Shown: positions 8,451 through 19,227 of the stretch, piece by piece
How the letters are laid out: each line of letters begins with the position of its first letter
Position numbering within the stretch: position 1 is the first letter of the stretch
Origin: an uncultured cyanobacterium
Lineage (GTDB): Bacteria > Cyanobacteriota > Cyanobacteriia > Phormidesmidales > Phormidesmidaceae
Direction: 5' to 3'
Length of the DNA: 64,000 nucleotides
NCBI GenBank assembly: GCA_963793265.1
Contig: CAWBZI010000004.1
Coordinates: 320,001-384,000, forward strand
Translations under genes and position numbers: made by a program
The notes under the pieces: generated by a model
Database searches by the model: none
Seen by the model: only the letters and a program-made list of their open reading frames with translations
Told to the model about the DNA's origin: nothing

Positions 8451-11324
8451 ATGAACAGACGTTTTCGCCTGCCCATTTTTACCTGCCTGCTTATAAGTGG
8501 AGCACTTGCACCCCTGACGATCGTCGCTGATTCAGCCTTAGCCGATTGCGTCGTAGAAGAGAGTACTGAAGAGAGCGCTCAGCCCGGCAACAACCCAACG
8601 TCGGGGCAAACGATTGTATGTGCGAACAATTTGGACAGTGAAGGGGTTAATGGGCCTGATGCTAATGAGGTCACTGTTGAGATTGAAGCGCCCTCGGGTG
8701 GTATTTCTGTGACAGGTCAGCCGGGCGTACTTTTGGGCGATGAGGCTACGGTTGATGTTGCAGGGCCAGGTAGGCCAGTGAGTACGTCTGGCGATCGCGC
8801 TGTTGCCATCGAAGTTCTCAACGGGGCTACTATCACTATTGAAGGTGTTGTCTCTACATCAGGCGGCACCTCGCCAGGCATTTCAACCGGCGATAACGCA
8901 GTTATTACTATCAGCGGCGGCACCGTGCGAACGGGCGGTTCTGAGTCACCTGCGATTACCGTGGGTGCGAACGCTACGGTAGAAGTCACAGGCAATGCCC
9001 GAATTGCAACTGGTAACTCTAATTCTGATGGGATTGTTCTATCAGGAGAGAATGGAACTTTAACGGTTGCAGAAGAGGCGATTGTCACAACCTCAAGCGG
9101 TCTGTCTAATCCCATTCAAATTGATGGTGCAAACAGTACTGTGAACGTGTTGGGTAATGTTCGTTCTTCTTCTGGTGATGCTACCGCTATTCTTGGCACC
9201 GCTCAAGATTTGACTATCAGCGTCAAAGATGGGGCCGTTGTAACAGCGCAGTCTTCCAACTCAAACGCGATTGAGATGACGAGCACAGGCGCTGTTATCA
9301 CCGTAGAAAATGGCGGCGAAGTGAAAATTTCTTCAGGCAATTCTGCTGCTATTATCTCAGGAAGCGAGGCCACTGTTGAAGTAGACGGAACAGTATCAGC
9401 ATCCTCATCAGCCAGTCAGGGCATTGTTTTGGGAGATAGATCATCGCTAACGGTTCAATCTCGTGGGGTTATTGAAACCTCATCGTCAGAGTCTCAGGCT
9501 GTCTTAGTCGGTGAGATGGCAGAATCTGCAACGATCACGGTAGAGCGCGGCGGCAATATTGATGCTGTTGGGGCTCAAGCAATTGTTGATAAGGGCATGA
9601 CCAATACGACTGTTGTTGTAGACGGTACTGTATTTGGCGGATCTTCGGAGCCTGTACTAGATATGGGTGCAGGTAGCGATACGGTGACTGTGAACGGTAC
9701 GGTTAGGGCAACTAGCGCATCGACTGTGATCGATTTAGGCGCTGGTGACGATACGCTTAACGACAACTCAAGCCAAACGATTGCTGGGCCGGGTACGCTG
9801 GTGTCGGCTGGCGATGGGATGGATACGCTAAATATTAATAATGGTAAGCCCAACAACTCGTCTAGCTATGCGGGTTTTGAAACGACTAATGTCGGCGCTA
9901 ACAACAATCCTGACGATCCGGCTAACGGTAGAGACTCTACGCTAAACGTAGACGACGATCAGTCTGGCAACCAGATTAATGCTCAATCGGGTGGACGCGT
10001 TAATGTTCGAAACGGCGGTACGGCAAACGTAACCGCCGATAACGAAGGTCAAACTGGATCTGGGCAGCAGGGCGGTGAGACGACTTTTGAGGAGGGTTCT
10101 ACCGCTAATGTGCGTTCGGAGAATCGGACGGGCCCGCAGGCTACTCAAGAGTTTACGAACACTACGTTCGCAGAGGGTACTCAGGTGCGTTCAAGCTCTG
10201 GGTTTGTGAGGGGACGTGCTTCTAATAATGCAGAAACGCAGCGAGGCGAGATTGCTTTAGAATCGGATTTTGCGAATAGTGCTAAGACAGAAAACGCCTC
10301 TGGATTTGGAGATGCGCTGAATGCTTTAGCGGAAGCTGAAGATCTGACGGTAGAACAACAGGCGGCGCTTGATGACTTAATTGGCCAAGCGCCAACGGCT
10401 GATGCAGCTAACGCGTTGCTATCTCAGCTATCGGGTGAAATTGGTGCGCAGACAGCAGCCAGTGGGATGCAGGCAGCAACTTTGTTCAACGATGTTTTGC
10501 TGTTCTCTGACGGTTTCGAGATAGGAGATAATGGCGCTTGGGTGTCTGGGTTTGGTGAGCTGGTTGACGTGGATGAAAATTCAGCATCGGCGGACTTTGA
10601 TGCTAATACCTACGGGCTAGCAGTTGGATATGAGCGGGCGATCACACCCATTTCCCAGTCGCCCATCACAGTCGGCGTTGGCTTCGGCTACTCTAATACA
10701 AACGTCAACGGAATGGCAGATTCTGCTGATATTGACGCCTATTCTGTGGGTACTTATGTTGAGGGCACGCGCGGCGCAATGACCGGCAGTGTGGCTGCTT
10801 CCTATAGCTATCAAAATATCGGCGGTAGCGAGTCGGGCACTGACGGCAGCGGCAACGTGTTTGTGGCGTCTTCTGAAGGCTTTTACGACTTGAGCAGCAG
10901 CCCTAATTTTGCAGTTGGCCCCTTAGGCCGAATTGGTGCTGCTTTTGGCAACTACAGCGGCTTCAGTAGCGGCAATGATGTTTTACAGGCGACCTATGAC
11001 AATGCCAACGTCAGTCAGCTATCGGCTGGACTAGGCGTCCGCGTAGGCGGCAACACTCAAACGGGCGCGGGCCTTGTGTCTTACAACCTCGATTTACTTT
11101 ATGAAGGATTATTAGGCAGTAACGAAGCTGAGTTTGACGGTCAACTCGCAGATAGCAGCGTGAGTGTGGCTGCTCCTTTTGCTAACGACGACAGCTTTTT
11201 AGTCGGTGCTGAAGCCGGTATTGCCTTCTCGAACAATACTTCTCTCAGACTGCGATATGAAGGCGCACTCGGCAGCGATATTCGCTCTCATACCGGCGAA
11301 ATTAAGTTTGCTGTTGACTTCTAG
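8451..11324 (+). CDS. Autotransporter (type Va): beta-helical passenger plus C-terminal beta-barrel
   Basis: Signal peptide; G/S/T/V-rich repeats; RTX-like DLGAGDDTL; linker LLSQLSGE; barrel (GAWVSGFG, YGLAVGYE, YSVGTY) ending in Phe. Confidence 0.82.
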   Translation: MNRRFRLPIFTCLLISGALAPLTIVADSALADCVVEESTEESAQPGNNPTSGQTIVCANNLDSEGVNGPDANEVTVEIEAPSGGISVTGQPGVLLGDEATVDVAGPGRPVSTSGDRAVAIEVLNGATITIEGVVSTSGGTSPGISTGDNAVITISGGTVRTGGSESPAITVGANATVEVTGNARIATGNSNSDGIVLSGENGTLTVAEEAIVTTSSGLSNPIQIDGANSTVNVLGNVRSSSGDATAILGTAQDLTISVKDGAVVTAQSSNSNAIEMTSTGAVITVENGGEVKISSGNSAAIISGSEATVEVDGTVSASSSASQGIVLGDRSSLTVQSRGVIETSSSESQAVLVGEMAESATITVERGGNIDAVGAQAIVDKGMTNTTVVVDGTVFGGSSEPVLDMGAGSDTVTVNGTVRATSASTVIDLGAGDDTLNDNSSQTIAGPGTLVSAGDGMDTLNINNGKPNNSSSYAGFETTNVGANNNPDDPANGRDSTLNVDDDQSGNQINAQSGGRVNVRNGGTANVTADNEGQTGSGQQGGETTFEEGSTANVRSENRTGPQATQEFTNTTFAEGTQVRSSSGFVRGRASNNAETQRGEIALESDFANSAKTENASGFGDALNALAEAEDLTVEQQAALDDLIGQAPTADAANALLSQLSGEIGAQTAASGMQAATLFNDVLLFSDGFEIGDNGAWVSGFGELVDVDENSASADFDANTYGLAVGYERAITPISQSPITVGVGFGYSNTNVNGMADSADIDAYSVGTYVEGTRGAMTGSVAASYSYQNIGGSESGTDGSGNVFVASSEGFYDLSSSPNFAVGPLGRIGAAFGNYSGFSSGNDVLQATYDNANVSQLSAGLGVRVGGNTQTGAGLVSYNLDLLYEGLLGSNEAEFDGQLADSSVSVAAPFANDDSFLVGAEAGIAFSNNTSLRLRYEGALGSDIRSHTGEIKFAVDF

Positions 11325-11349
11325 ACGCGTTGATTTTAGATATCGATTC

Positions 11350-13107
11350 TTAAATGCCGTGGCTTTTGCCGATGACCCAGCTACGGCGGAAGTAGCGGGC
11401 GAGGCCGGTTTCGGTGAGGGTAAGGCAGATGGGGCGTCCGTGGGGGCAGGTGCGCGATCGCTCTGTTCGCTGCCACTGATTCACAAGCGTTTGCATCTCA
11501 TCAACGCTCAACGGTGTGCCGTTACGAATCGCCGTCCGACAGGCCGTTGCCACTAAGGCCGCTTCTAAATTCGCGCCCGAGCTGAGTTCTCTAATCGCAT
11601 CTGCACTATCTTCTCTATCTTTTAAGGGCTCGGGAATGGTGCGAATAGCCCACAGGTTTTCACCAAAAGGAGAAACTTCGATTTCAATTTCACTCAGGCG
11701 CTCTACCTGCTCTGGCTTCAGGTTGCTGAGGATAATAGGAGACTCTAGTGAAACCATTTGCCAGCGCTGCTGAAGCTGTTCGTAGAGCACACGTTCGTGA
11801 GCAATATGTTGTTCTATCAGGCACAGTCCGCCTGTATGTTCGGCCAGAATGTAGGTGTTGTGGACTTGGGCGATCGCCTTCAGCTCACTCGGCCCGCCAA
11901 CCGGCAAGGTATCCGATAGGTTAACGGTCGCTTCTGTCGGCTCAGGCTGCTGTACTTGTCGCGGAACACTGTAGTTTCCAGCTTGCTCAGCAGCTTTGAT
12001 TAAGGTAGTAGCTCTATGGGTCTGAGCCGTCTCGTTAAGCGTGTCTAGCTTGAGTAGATTTTCGATAGTGTTGGATATGCGATCGCTCAAACTCTCCAAA
12101 TCCTGCACATAAATCTCGGACTTTGCCGGGTGTCTGTTCCAGTCAAGCTGAGCGGGCGGTAGGGTGAGGTGTAAAAAACAAACCGGATAGCGATCGCGTG
12201 GCAGCGTGCGCCGAAAGCTGTTGATAATCGCGTATGAAATCTCGCTAACGTCTACAGGTCGTCCGTTGATGGCGACGCGCACCCAGTCAGGACGCCTGCG
12301 ATGGCAGCGATCAGGCAAGCCCACAGCGATATAGAGCCCATCTGCTGTTGTTTCGATAAGGTCGGTATCGTATACGTTACGCAGCATTTGTGGCATGAGC
12401 GTTTTTGCCGTTGCGCCCGGCCAAAACGAAAGCCAGGGGGCATCGTCTTTTTCTATTTGCCAAATTACCTGTGGGTGGCAAAGTGCAAGCTGTTGAATGA
12501 GCTGGGTGACGGCTTTGGTTTGTTGGGGGATTGACGGCACCTGGCGGCGGGCAGGCCAGTTTTGGAAGAGATTATCTGCGGTGACAATGGTGCCGGGGGC
12601 GATCGCAACTTCTTTAATTTGTTCCACTTCACCTTCGCTGCCATAGCAAAGGTGATAGCCCTGCGAGTGAACGTCTTGTGACTGAACAGACTGTGATTGA
12701 ACAAGCTGAGGGCGGCTGCAAATTTCTAGCTGGGCGAGCTGGCCGATGCTGTGTAGCGCTTCGCCCCGGAATCCTAAGCTGCTCACGTTTAGTAAATCAG
12801 GGCGGCTAGAAATTTTACTGGTGGCGTGAGCGATCGCAGCCTGCTGCAAATCAGCCAAATCTATGCCCACGCCATTATCAGCAACCCGCACCCGCCACTG
12901 CTCGGGCCACAGACCGATCGAGATCCGGGTAGCTCCAGCATCTAAAGCATTTTCAACCAGCTCGCGCACAACTGCCGAAAGCGAATCAATTACTTCCCCA
13001 GCAGCCATCAAAGAGACAATCTCTTGCGTAAGAGGCTGAATGTTCGATATGGCGCTGGGTGTGCTTTCAGGCGCGTTTCTACTAGGGATTTTGTCCATGG
13101 CTAACAT
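11350..13107 (-). CDS. mutL: DNA mismatch repair endonuclease MutL
   Basis: AAGEVI, VRELVENALDAGA, LGFRGEAL, EQHIAHERV, ACR, CPHGRP. Confidence 0.96.
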   Translation of the reverse strand: MLAMDKIPSRNAPESTPSAISNIQPLTQEIVSLMAAGEVIDSLSAVVRELVENALDAGATRISIGLWPEQWRVRVADNGVGIDLADLQQAAIAHATSKISSRPDLLNVSSLGFRGEALHSIGQLAQLEICSRPQLVQSQSVQSQDVHSQGYHLCYGSEGEVEQIKEVAIAPGTIVTADNLFQNWPARRQVPSIPQQTKAVTQLIQQLALCHPQVIWQIEKDDAPWLSFWPGATAKTLMPQMLRNVYDTDLIETTADGLYIAVGLPDRCHRRRPDWVRVAINGRPVDVSEISYAIINSFRRTLPRDRYPVCFLHLTLPPAQLDWNRHPAKSEIYVQDLESLSDRISNTIENLLKLDTLNETAQTHRATTLIKAAEQAGNYSVPRQVQQPEPTEATVNLSDTLPVGGPSELKAIAQVHNTYILAEHTGGLCLIEQHIAHERVLYEQLQQRWQMVSLESPIILSNLKPEQVERLSEIEIEVSPFGENLWAIRTIPEPLKDREDSADAIRELSSGANLEAALVATACRTAIRNGTPLSVDEMQTLVNQWQRTERSRTCPHGRPICLTLTETGLARYFRRSWVIGKSHGI

Positions 13108-13126
13108 TCTAGCGAGCCAGACTCAG

Positions 13127-14620
13127 TTACTGCTTTGCCTTCAACTCAGCGCCCAGATCGGGGCTACGTCGCCACTGCGTTTTTTGTTCGTAGGCATAGG
13201 CCATTTGCAACAGCCTAGCCTCTTCAAAGGGCTTAGCCATAAACTCTATGCCTACAGGAAGCCCTTTTTTAGAAAAGCCCGCGGGTACGGTAATCGCTGG
13301 GTAGCCGCAGGCCGCTGCTAAAAAGCCGTTGCGCTCTTTTTGAGTTTTGCCAATGGAGGCAACAATTTGGCGCTGATGCGGATAGATTAAGGCATCCAGA
13401 CGATAGTGTTGGTAAATATGAGCAAGCATTTGGCGAAGTTCGGCGCGGCGCGGATAGAGGCGCTGCCAGTACTCTTCATTACCCAGCGGGCTATCTACCG
13501 CCGCCATCTCTTTGACGAGCGATCGCACAGAAGGCAATATCTGACCCTTTTTGAGCAAGTCCTTAAAGCGTTTGACGGGCGCAGCTTCACCCAGATCGTC
13601 TAAGTAATATTCAAAGTGCTGCTTGCCCTCCAATACGGTCAGCGACAGCTCCTCAATCATTTTCTCAATGTCGATGTTCACGGCAACTTCGACTATCTGG
13701 GCCCCTAACTCTTCCATCGTTGCGATCGCCTGATCCATCAGGCTATTCACTTCCTGATGAACCTTTTCTGGCCCAAACAGGCTGCGCACGATGCCTAACC
13801 GCGTTCCATTCAGTCCGCGGATTTGTAATAAATGCTGATAGCTGCCTCTAATTTGCACAGCGCCCCGAGCAGTCACCGGATCGTGCGGGTCATCCACACC
13901 AATGACTTCTAATAAGGTGGCCACATCGGCAACCGTGCGAGCCATAGGGCCGATGGCGTCTTGCGAGAGACTAACCGGCATGAGGCCATCACGGCTCACC
14001 AGGCCAGCGGTGGGCCTGAGGCCGACAATGTTGCAGGCTGAGGTAGGCGATCTCACTGAATTAATCGTGTCGGTGCCGAGTCCTGCGACGGCTAGATTAG
14101 CTGCGATCGCCACCGCTGTACCGCCACTAGAGCCGCCGGGGGTGTAGTCGAGCTGATAGGGGTTTCGCGTTTGTCCGCCCAGGCTGCTGAGGGTTTCGCC
14201 GCTGTAGGCTAGCTCGTGCAGATTGGCTTTGCCTAAGATGATGGCCCCTGCTTCGCGAAGCTTCATCACCACAAAGGCATCAGCGGGCGGCTGAAGGTTT
14301 TTGAGGGCTATGCAGCCGCCGGTTGTGGGCATATCAGCCGTATTGATGTTGTCTTTAATGACAACTGGAATGCCGTGAAGGGGGCCTTTTAACTGGCCCG
14401 CGGCTCTCTGTCGATCTCGTTCTCTGGCTGTTGCTCTGGCCTTTGAATTAACGGTAATCAGGGCGTTGAGCTGGCCGTTAAGCTGCTCAATCTGCGCCAG
14501 GTAATAGTCCACTAGGGCGGTGGCACTGGTTATTTCTTGCGCCATAGCGTTTTGAAGGTCTGCTATGGTCGCTTCTTCAATTTCAAAAGCGCTAGACACA
14601 GCGGTTTTTGGATTCGCCAA
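13127..14620 (-). CDS. Amidase signature family protein
   Basis: LHGIPVVIKDN, GGSSGG, GTDTINSVRSP. Confidence 0.9.
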   Translation of the reverse strand: MANPKTAVSSAFEIEEATIADLQNAMAQEITSATALVDYYLAQIEQLNGQLNALITVNSKARATARERDRQRAAGQLKGPLHGIPVVIKDNINTADMPTTGGCIALKNLQPPADAFVVMKLREAGAIILGKANLHELAYSGETLSSLGGQTRNPYQLDYTPGGSSGGTAVAIAANLAVAGLGTDTINSVRSPTSACNIVGLRPTAGLVSRDGLMPVSLSQDAIGPMARTVADVATLLEVIGVDDPHDPVTARGAVQIRGSYQHLLQIRGLNGTRLGIVRSLFGPEKVHQEVNSLMDQAIATMEELGAQIVEVAVNIDIEKMIEELSLTVLEGKQHFEYYLDDLGEAAPVKRFKDLLKKGQILPSVRSLVKEMAAVDSPLGNEEYWQRLYPRRAELRQMLAHIYQHYRLDALIYPHQRQIVASIGKTQKERNGFLAAACGYPAITVPAGFSKKGLPVGIEFMAKPFEEARLLQMAYAYEQKTQWRRSPDLGAELKAKQ

Positions 14621-14838
14621 CCTTATGGCCTCGGTATCGGGGTTGCAAACTTAAGAAGAGCTGGTATCAGGCTTTGTCTTAACTTTTTCTTTATGTTTTT
14701 ATTTAGAAGTAGTTTACCTTTCTCAATACGTTTGATAGGGCTACTTCACATTTGTATAAGAAATGTGTTGCTAGCAGGCTTTGCGGTAGGCTGCGCAGGT
14801 TATGGGTTTTGGGAGAGGGTAGGTGTGGTGAGTCAGTG

Positions 14839-17019
14839 GTGACAATCGGGCGGCAAGTGGCTTTTCGATTCGTGGTTATGTTGGTGGCTGCAGCTATTGG
14901 CTTTGGGTTGATAGGTGGATGGGCTGAGGCGATCGCTGCTGGCTCAAGCCGTCCTGCTTTAACGCTAGCGACGCTTAGCCGACAGATTGCCGCGCCGATT
15001 CGGCAAAGCGGGTCTATGGTGGTCGATCTCAAGGGCTTCACAATTGACTTGCGCCCAAGTGAACTGCGCTCAGAGCCTGCTATCAAGAGCATCACAGCCG
15101 AACAGTTCTATCAGCAGTTGCAAAAGGCTATGAATGGTTCAGGGCCTTTGGGATTGGACTTGAGCAATGCGCTGATTCAGGGCGATTTTGATTTGGCGCG
15201 GCTGAGTTTGCGCCTGCCTGCCTATGGCGGTGTGGCGCTGCCTGCGCTAGATGAGTTTAATCAGACGCTTCAAGCTGCTCAGTCGCCAACTGGGGCTTTG
15301 GCGCGATCGCTTCTAATCGGGCCGCTTTTAACCCAGCCACAGCGCCCACAGCTAGACACGCTGGTCTTTCAGGGGCCGCTGTTGCTCAGCCAAACCTGCT
15401 TTAACGGTGCCTTTAAAGCTGCCGATCTGTATTTGCTGGGGCCGGTGGATAGCGATCGCGCTATTTTTACTCGAATGGCAGACTGGCACGGGGCAAAGTT
15501 TGCTCGGAGTGCAAATTTTAGCGAAGCCCAGTTTCAGCAGGAAAGTACCTTCCGCTCAGCGCTATTTGGCAGCAGAGCGCGTTTCAGTCAGGTGCGCTTT
15601 ACCGGCTTTTCTAACTGGCAGGGAGCGGCTTTCAACCAAAGTACGAGCTTTGCGCAGAGTGACTTTCAAGGGGGCACTTTTTCTAGAGCGCACTGGCAAA
15701 CGAACGCCGACTTTGACAGGGCTGTCTTTCACGGAGCGATTAGCTTTCAAAAGGGACGATTTGACCAGGCGCTTTTTTTGACAGACGCTCAGCTTGAAGC
15801 CGCTGCAAATTTTCGTCAGGCGCAGTTTCAAGCGCCCGTGAGCCTGCGAGGCGCGCGTATCCTCAATCAGCTTGATTTTGGCGATGCGCGCTTTGCCGGG
15901 GGCGTGACAATCAACGTGGCCGATCTTGACTTCAATGCGGGGGAGGCGAAAATTTTAGGGACGCCGGGGCAGATTGGGCGCGTGTTTTCGGTGCCTGCCC
16001 TAGCGAGTAACGAAACGGTGCTGCGTAATTTGGTGCGCAACTTTCGGCTGCTGGAGCAGGTGAGCGATGCGAATCAGGTGGAGTATACGACTGAGCGGCT
16101 AAGGCTATCGCAAATTCGGCGGCATGTTTTTGGGGTGAGCCTGAATCGGGCCACGCCTGAGCAGTGGGCAAAGCTGGGGCTGAATGCGGTGCAGGTGGCG
16201 GCGGTGATGGGGCGCGATCGCCCTTTTGTGAGCCGGTCTGATTTGCTGGGGATTGATGAGATTGATTTGGCGACGTATTTGAAGGTGCGCGATCGCGTGA
16301 CGGTGCAGTCAACCAGTGGGCTAAACCGACTGGGCTGGCTGGGCCGCTGGCTGTTCCTTTCGGGGCTGTTGCTGCTGTCAGGGTATGGCACTAATGTCGG
16401 CCTGATCTTTAGCGTGGGGCTGGTGGCAACGACGCTGTTTGGCCTGATGTTTTGGGGGGTGGATCGCTATAGGCGGCGAGTGCCTACGCCGATTGCGCCT
16501 GAGTCAGCCGAAGCGGTGGCGATGGTGATTGGCGGTGGATTTGGGCTATTGGTTGCGCTAGGGGGCTTGAGCCAGATCGGTGATTCTCCGGTGAGAACGC
16601 TGGTGGCGGTGGGTGTGCTGGTGCTGCCGGTGCCGCTGGTGATGATTGCTAGGCTCTATCAGCAGGGGCGCTATCACGATTTGATGGACAGCAGCTATTT
16701 TGTTAAAAACGGGGCGCTGCGGAGGCTACAGGTTTTGATTGCGCGGCTGCCGGTTGTGCCACAGTGGCCTTTTTATCGCGATCGCTATCTCCCTTTACTC
16801 ATCGATCGCCGCTGGAGCTGGCTCAACTATTACGACTTCAGCTTTAATAACTGGTTCAAATTTGGCTTCAACGACATTCGCCTGCGCGATCAGGCAGTGC
16901 CTGGGCTCGTGAGCGCGCTGGTTTGGTATCAATGGAGCCTTGGCGTTGCCTACGTTGTGCTGCTGCTCTGGACGCTATCGCGAACGATTCCGGGGCTGAA
17001 TCTGCTGCTCTATTTCTAA
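14839..17019 (+). CDS. Pentapeptide-repeat membrane protein with helix-hairpin-helix and C-terminal TM region
   Basis: A(D/N)FxxAxF repeats, LNRAT...LLGIDEID HhH-like segment, several TM helices; start uncertain (ORF open from 14752). Confidence 0.8.
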   Translation: MTIGRQVAFRFVVMLVAAAIGFGLIGGWAEAIAAGSSRPALTLATLSRQIAAPIRQSGSMVVDLKGFTIDLRPSELRSEPAIKSITAEQFYQQLQKAMNGSGPLGLDLSNALIQGDFDLARLSLRLPAYGGVALPALDEFNQTLQAAQSPTGALARSLLIGPLLTQPQRPQLDTLVFQGPLLLSQTCFNGAFKAADLYLLGPVDSDRAIFTRMADWHGAKFARSANFSEAQFQQESTFRSALFGSRARFSQVRFTGFSNWQGAAFNQSTSFAQSDFQGGTFSRAHWQTNADFDRAVFHGAISFQKGRFDQALFLTDAQLEAAANFRQAQFQAPVSLRGARILNQLDFGDARFAGGVTINVADLDFNAGEAKILGTPGQIGRVFSVPALASNETVLRNLVRNFRLLEQVSDANQVEYTTERLRLSQIRRHVFGVSLNRATPEQWAKLGLNAVQVAAVMGRDRPFVSRSDLLGIDEIDLATYLKVRDRVTVQSTSGLNRLGWLGRWLFLSGLLLLSGYGTNVGLIFSVGLVATTLFGLMFWGVDRYRRRVPTPIAPESAEAVAMVIGGGFGLLVALGGLSQIGDSPVRTLVAVGVLVLPVPLVMIARLYQQGRYHDLMDSSYFVKNGALRRLQVLIARLPVVPQWPFYRDRYLPLLIDRRWSWLNYYDFSFNNWFKFGFNDIRLRDQAVPGLVSALVWYQWSLGVAYVVLLLWTLSRTIPGLNLLLYF

Positions 17020-17176
17020 CCTCTCTGAATTTTTGCGCGTCTTCTGCTCAACGCGGCCTACGTAGGGAGCGTAAATATACGGATTTTTTGAGACTACGAG
17101 CCAATCGAATCAACGTTCACTTCCGTATTTTCTGCGAGGCTCCTGCGCCTTGCTTACCCGAAAATAGAATCACTTC

Positions 17177-17192
17177 TGTAGAGCGCGTTACA
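17177..17192. promoter_or_regulatory. Putative NtcA-binding site
   Basis: TGTA-gagcgcgt-TACA matches the extended consensus tGTA-N8-TACa. Confidence 0.5.
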
Positions 17193-17264
17193 CAACCGTT
17201 TGTTTTTCCCGAGGGGCTTGGGAATGGTGAAAGGCTTTTGTATCGATGTCCTTACAGGTGAGCA

Positions 17265-17303
17265 GCCTGACCCTGGGGGCTTAAAGGGGTCAGGCATTTT
17301 TTT
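17265..17303 (+). terminator. Rho-independent terminator
   Basis: GCCTGACCC/GGGTCAGGC stem followed by A-T7. Confidence 0.75.
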
Positions 17304-17340
17304 GTCTTTAAATAGTTCGGCCAGATAATCTGGCTTTTGA

Positions 17341-18177
17341 CTACAAGATTTTATCGAGTCCGTATACCAGTGACTTGAGCGGCAGCACGCGGCGAATAGA
17401 GAGCAAAACGCCGGGCATGTAGCAGACGCGATCGCTGGTATCGTGACGCAGCGTATAAGACTGACCCGCCGCGCCAAAAATAACCTCCTGATGGGCAATC
17501 AAGCCCGGTAGTCTGACGCTGTGAATCCTCACGCCATCTTCGGTTTGGGTGCCCCGAGCGCCCGCCATTTTTTCCGTCTCCTCTACCTCGGGCGGATTGT
17601 AGTTTTTGTTTAGCTCTGAAAGCATCTCAGCCGTTTTGACCGCCGTACCGCTAGGCGCATCGGCCTTTTGGTTGTGGTGTAGCTCAATGATTTCGACGTG
17701 ATCAAAATGAGCCGCCGCCTGCAGCGCAGCCTGCTGTAAAAGCACCATGCCAATTGAAAAATTAGGAATCAGCAAGCAGCCCGTACTGGCCTTATCAGCA
17801 AAATCCGCCAGATCTTTAATTTGCTCAGTGCTCATGCCTGTAGTGCCCACGACCGGACGCACGCCGTAAGCCAGGGCAGCTCGCACCGAGCCATACACGC
17901 TGTCGGGATGCGTGACATCTACCATCACCGCGCTACCGCCTTTGGGAGCTTCATTTTGCGCCATCACCAGCGTGGCTTCTAGGTCGTTCATCACCGGGAT
18001 TTCGAGGGGGCCTGTGCCGACTACCTCACCAATGTCTTCGCCAATAAACTTAGGATTGCGGTCGATTGCGCCGACTAAGGTCATGTCATCGGCTGCTGAG
18101 ACGGCCTTGACGATGGCCTGGCCCATTTTACCAAGGGCTCCGTTGACGACGACGGGAATTTTTGCGGTTTCGCTCAT
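17341..18177 (-). CDS. dapB: 4-hydroxy-tetrahydrodipicolinate reductase
   Basis: [28 protein letters not shown]. Confidence 0.96.
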   Translation of the reverse strand: MSETAKIPVVVNGALGKMGQAIVKAVSAADDMTLVGAIDRNPKFIGEDIGEVVGTGPLEIPVMNDLEATLVMAQNEAPKGGSAVMVDVTHPDSVYGSVRAALAYGVRPVVGTTGMSTEQIKDLADFADKASTGCLLIPNFSIGMVLLQQAALQAAAHFDHVEIIELHHNQKADAPSGTAVKTAEMLSELNKNYNPPEVEETEKMAGARGTQTEDGVRIHSVRLPGLIAHQEVIFGAAGQSYTLRHDTSDRVCYMPGVLLSIRRVLPLKSLVYGLDKIL

Positions 18178-18326
18178 ATCAAAAAGTCAGCTTGAAGTCA
18201 GCTTGCGTAGGTTTGGCTAGCGCCATTGTACAAACGAAGCCTGGCTATAAAAAACAAAAGGAAGGCTACTTTTGCCTCCCTTCTAAGCGATTCAATCATC
18301 ACTGATGAATATTTAAAGGTCTTTTT

Positions 18327-18689
18327 CTAGCCGACTTCGACCTGCTTAGTATCTACCGCATCAGTACCGTCAACGCCTTTGGCAACTTTGACCATTTTAT
18401 CGAGGATGTCTTGGCTAGGCACTTTGCCTTTGAGCACAACGGTACCGCTGGTTTGAGCGACCCATAGGGTATCGATGTCGTCTAGCTGGCTGTCTTCGTC
18501 GTAGGCAAGGGCAACGCGCTTGGCTAAGCCACTTTCGTCAAAGTCACCGTCGAGGCCGATTTTGTAATCAGGAACGTCATCGGATTTGTCACTGGATTTG
18601 CTGCTGGCGGCTTTGGCAATGCCACGCTTGATTTTTGACGACGCGTTGGCTGGCTTATCTTTGCCAAAAATTCTACTGAAAAAACCCAT
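18327..18689 (-). CDS. BON-domain (phospholipid-binding) protein
   Basis: SGLAKRVALA...VVLKGKVP...VAKGVDG...V. Confidence 0.82.
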   Translation of the reverse strand: MGFFSRIFGKDKPANASSKIKRGIAKAASSKSSDKSDDVPDYKIGLDGDFDESGLAKRVALAYDEDSQLDDIDTLWVAQTSGTVVLKGKVPSQDILDKMVKVAKGVDGTDAVDTKQVEVG

Positions 18690-19227
18690 GATTACCTTTC
18701 CACATTGGTGTACAAAAAACAGGGGGCTCCTGCTTCAGATATAAACATATCTGCCTTGTTAGTAGAACGGATGCATCTTTAGAAACAAATTATCTTTATT
18801 AGTCGGTAGCGTATATTGCCTTATCTGCTTGCAAACGTATAAAGATCGCCTTAAGGGTGAGGTGCTAAGATTGCACCCGGCGTTGTCCGTAATTATGCTG
18901 TAGGTATCAAAGAAACCTTATGAATGCGCAATAAACGCGCAGACAAGCCGCTAATATTACGGGTAGATTCGGGCAGTCTATCTTTAAGATATATCGAATT
19001 TTATTGATGGGTGAAATAGACTCGTTCGAGACTGATAGGCCAGCTAGTAGGCCAGCTAGCTGGTTTGCTGCTGGGCCAACCAATAGACCGGTAGACAGAC
19101 CAGTAAGTATGTTAGGGGCCTCGTCTAAGGAATCTGTGTGTAGTAGGCTGATAAGACTTATTTTCAAGGGCTCGCATTCAAAGGGCTTGTTTTCAATGCT
19201 TGTTTTCCAAGGGCTTGGCGTAGATAA

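Noticed and set aside
17154..17498. ORFs 17154-17498 (-) and 16923-17261 (+) crossing the intergenic gap
   Set aside because: They overlap real genes out of frame and show no motifs; a non-coding interpretation is preferred.
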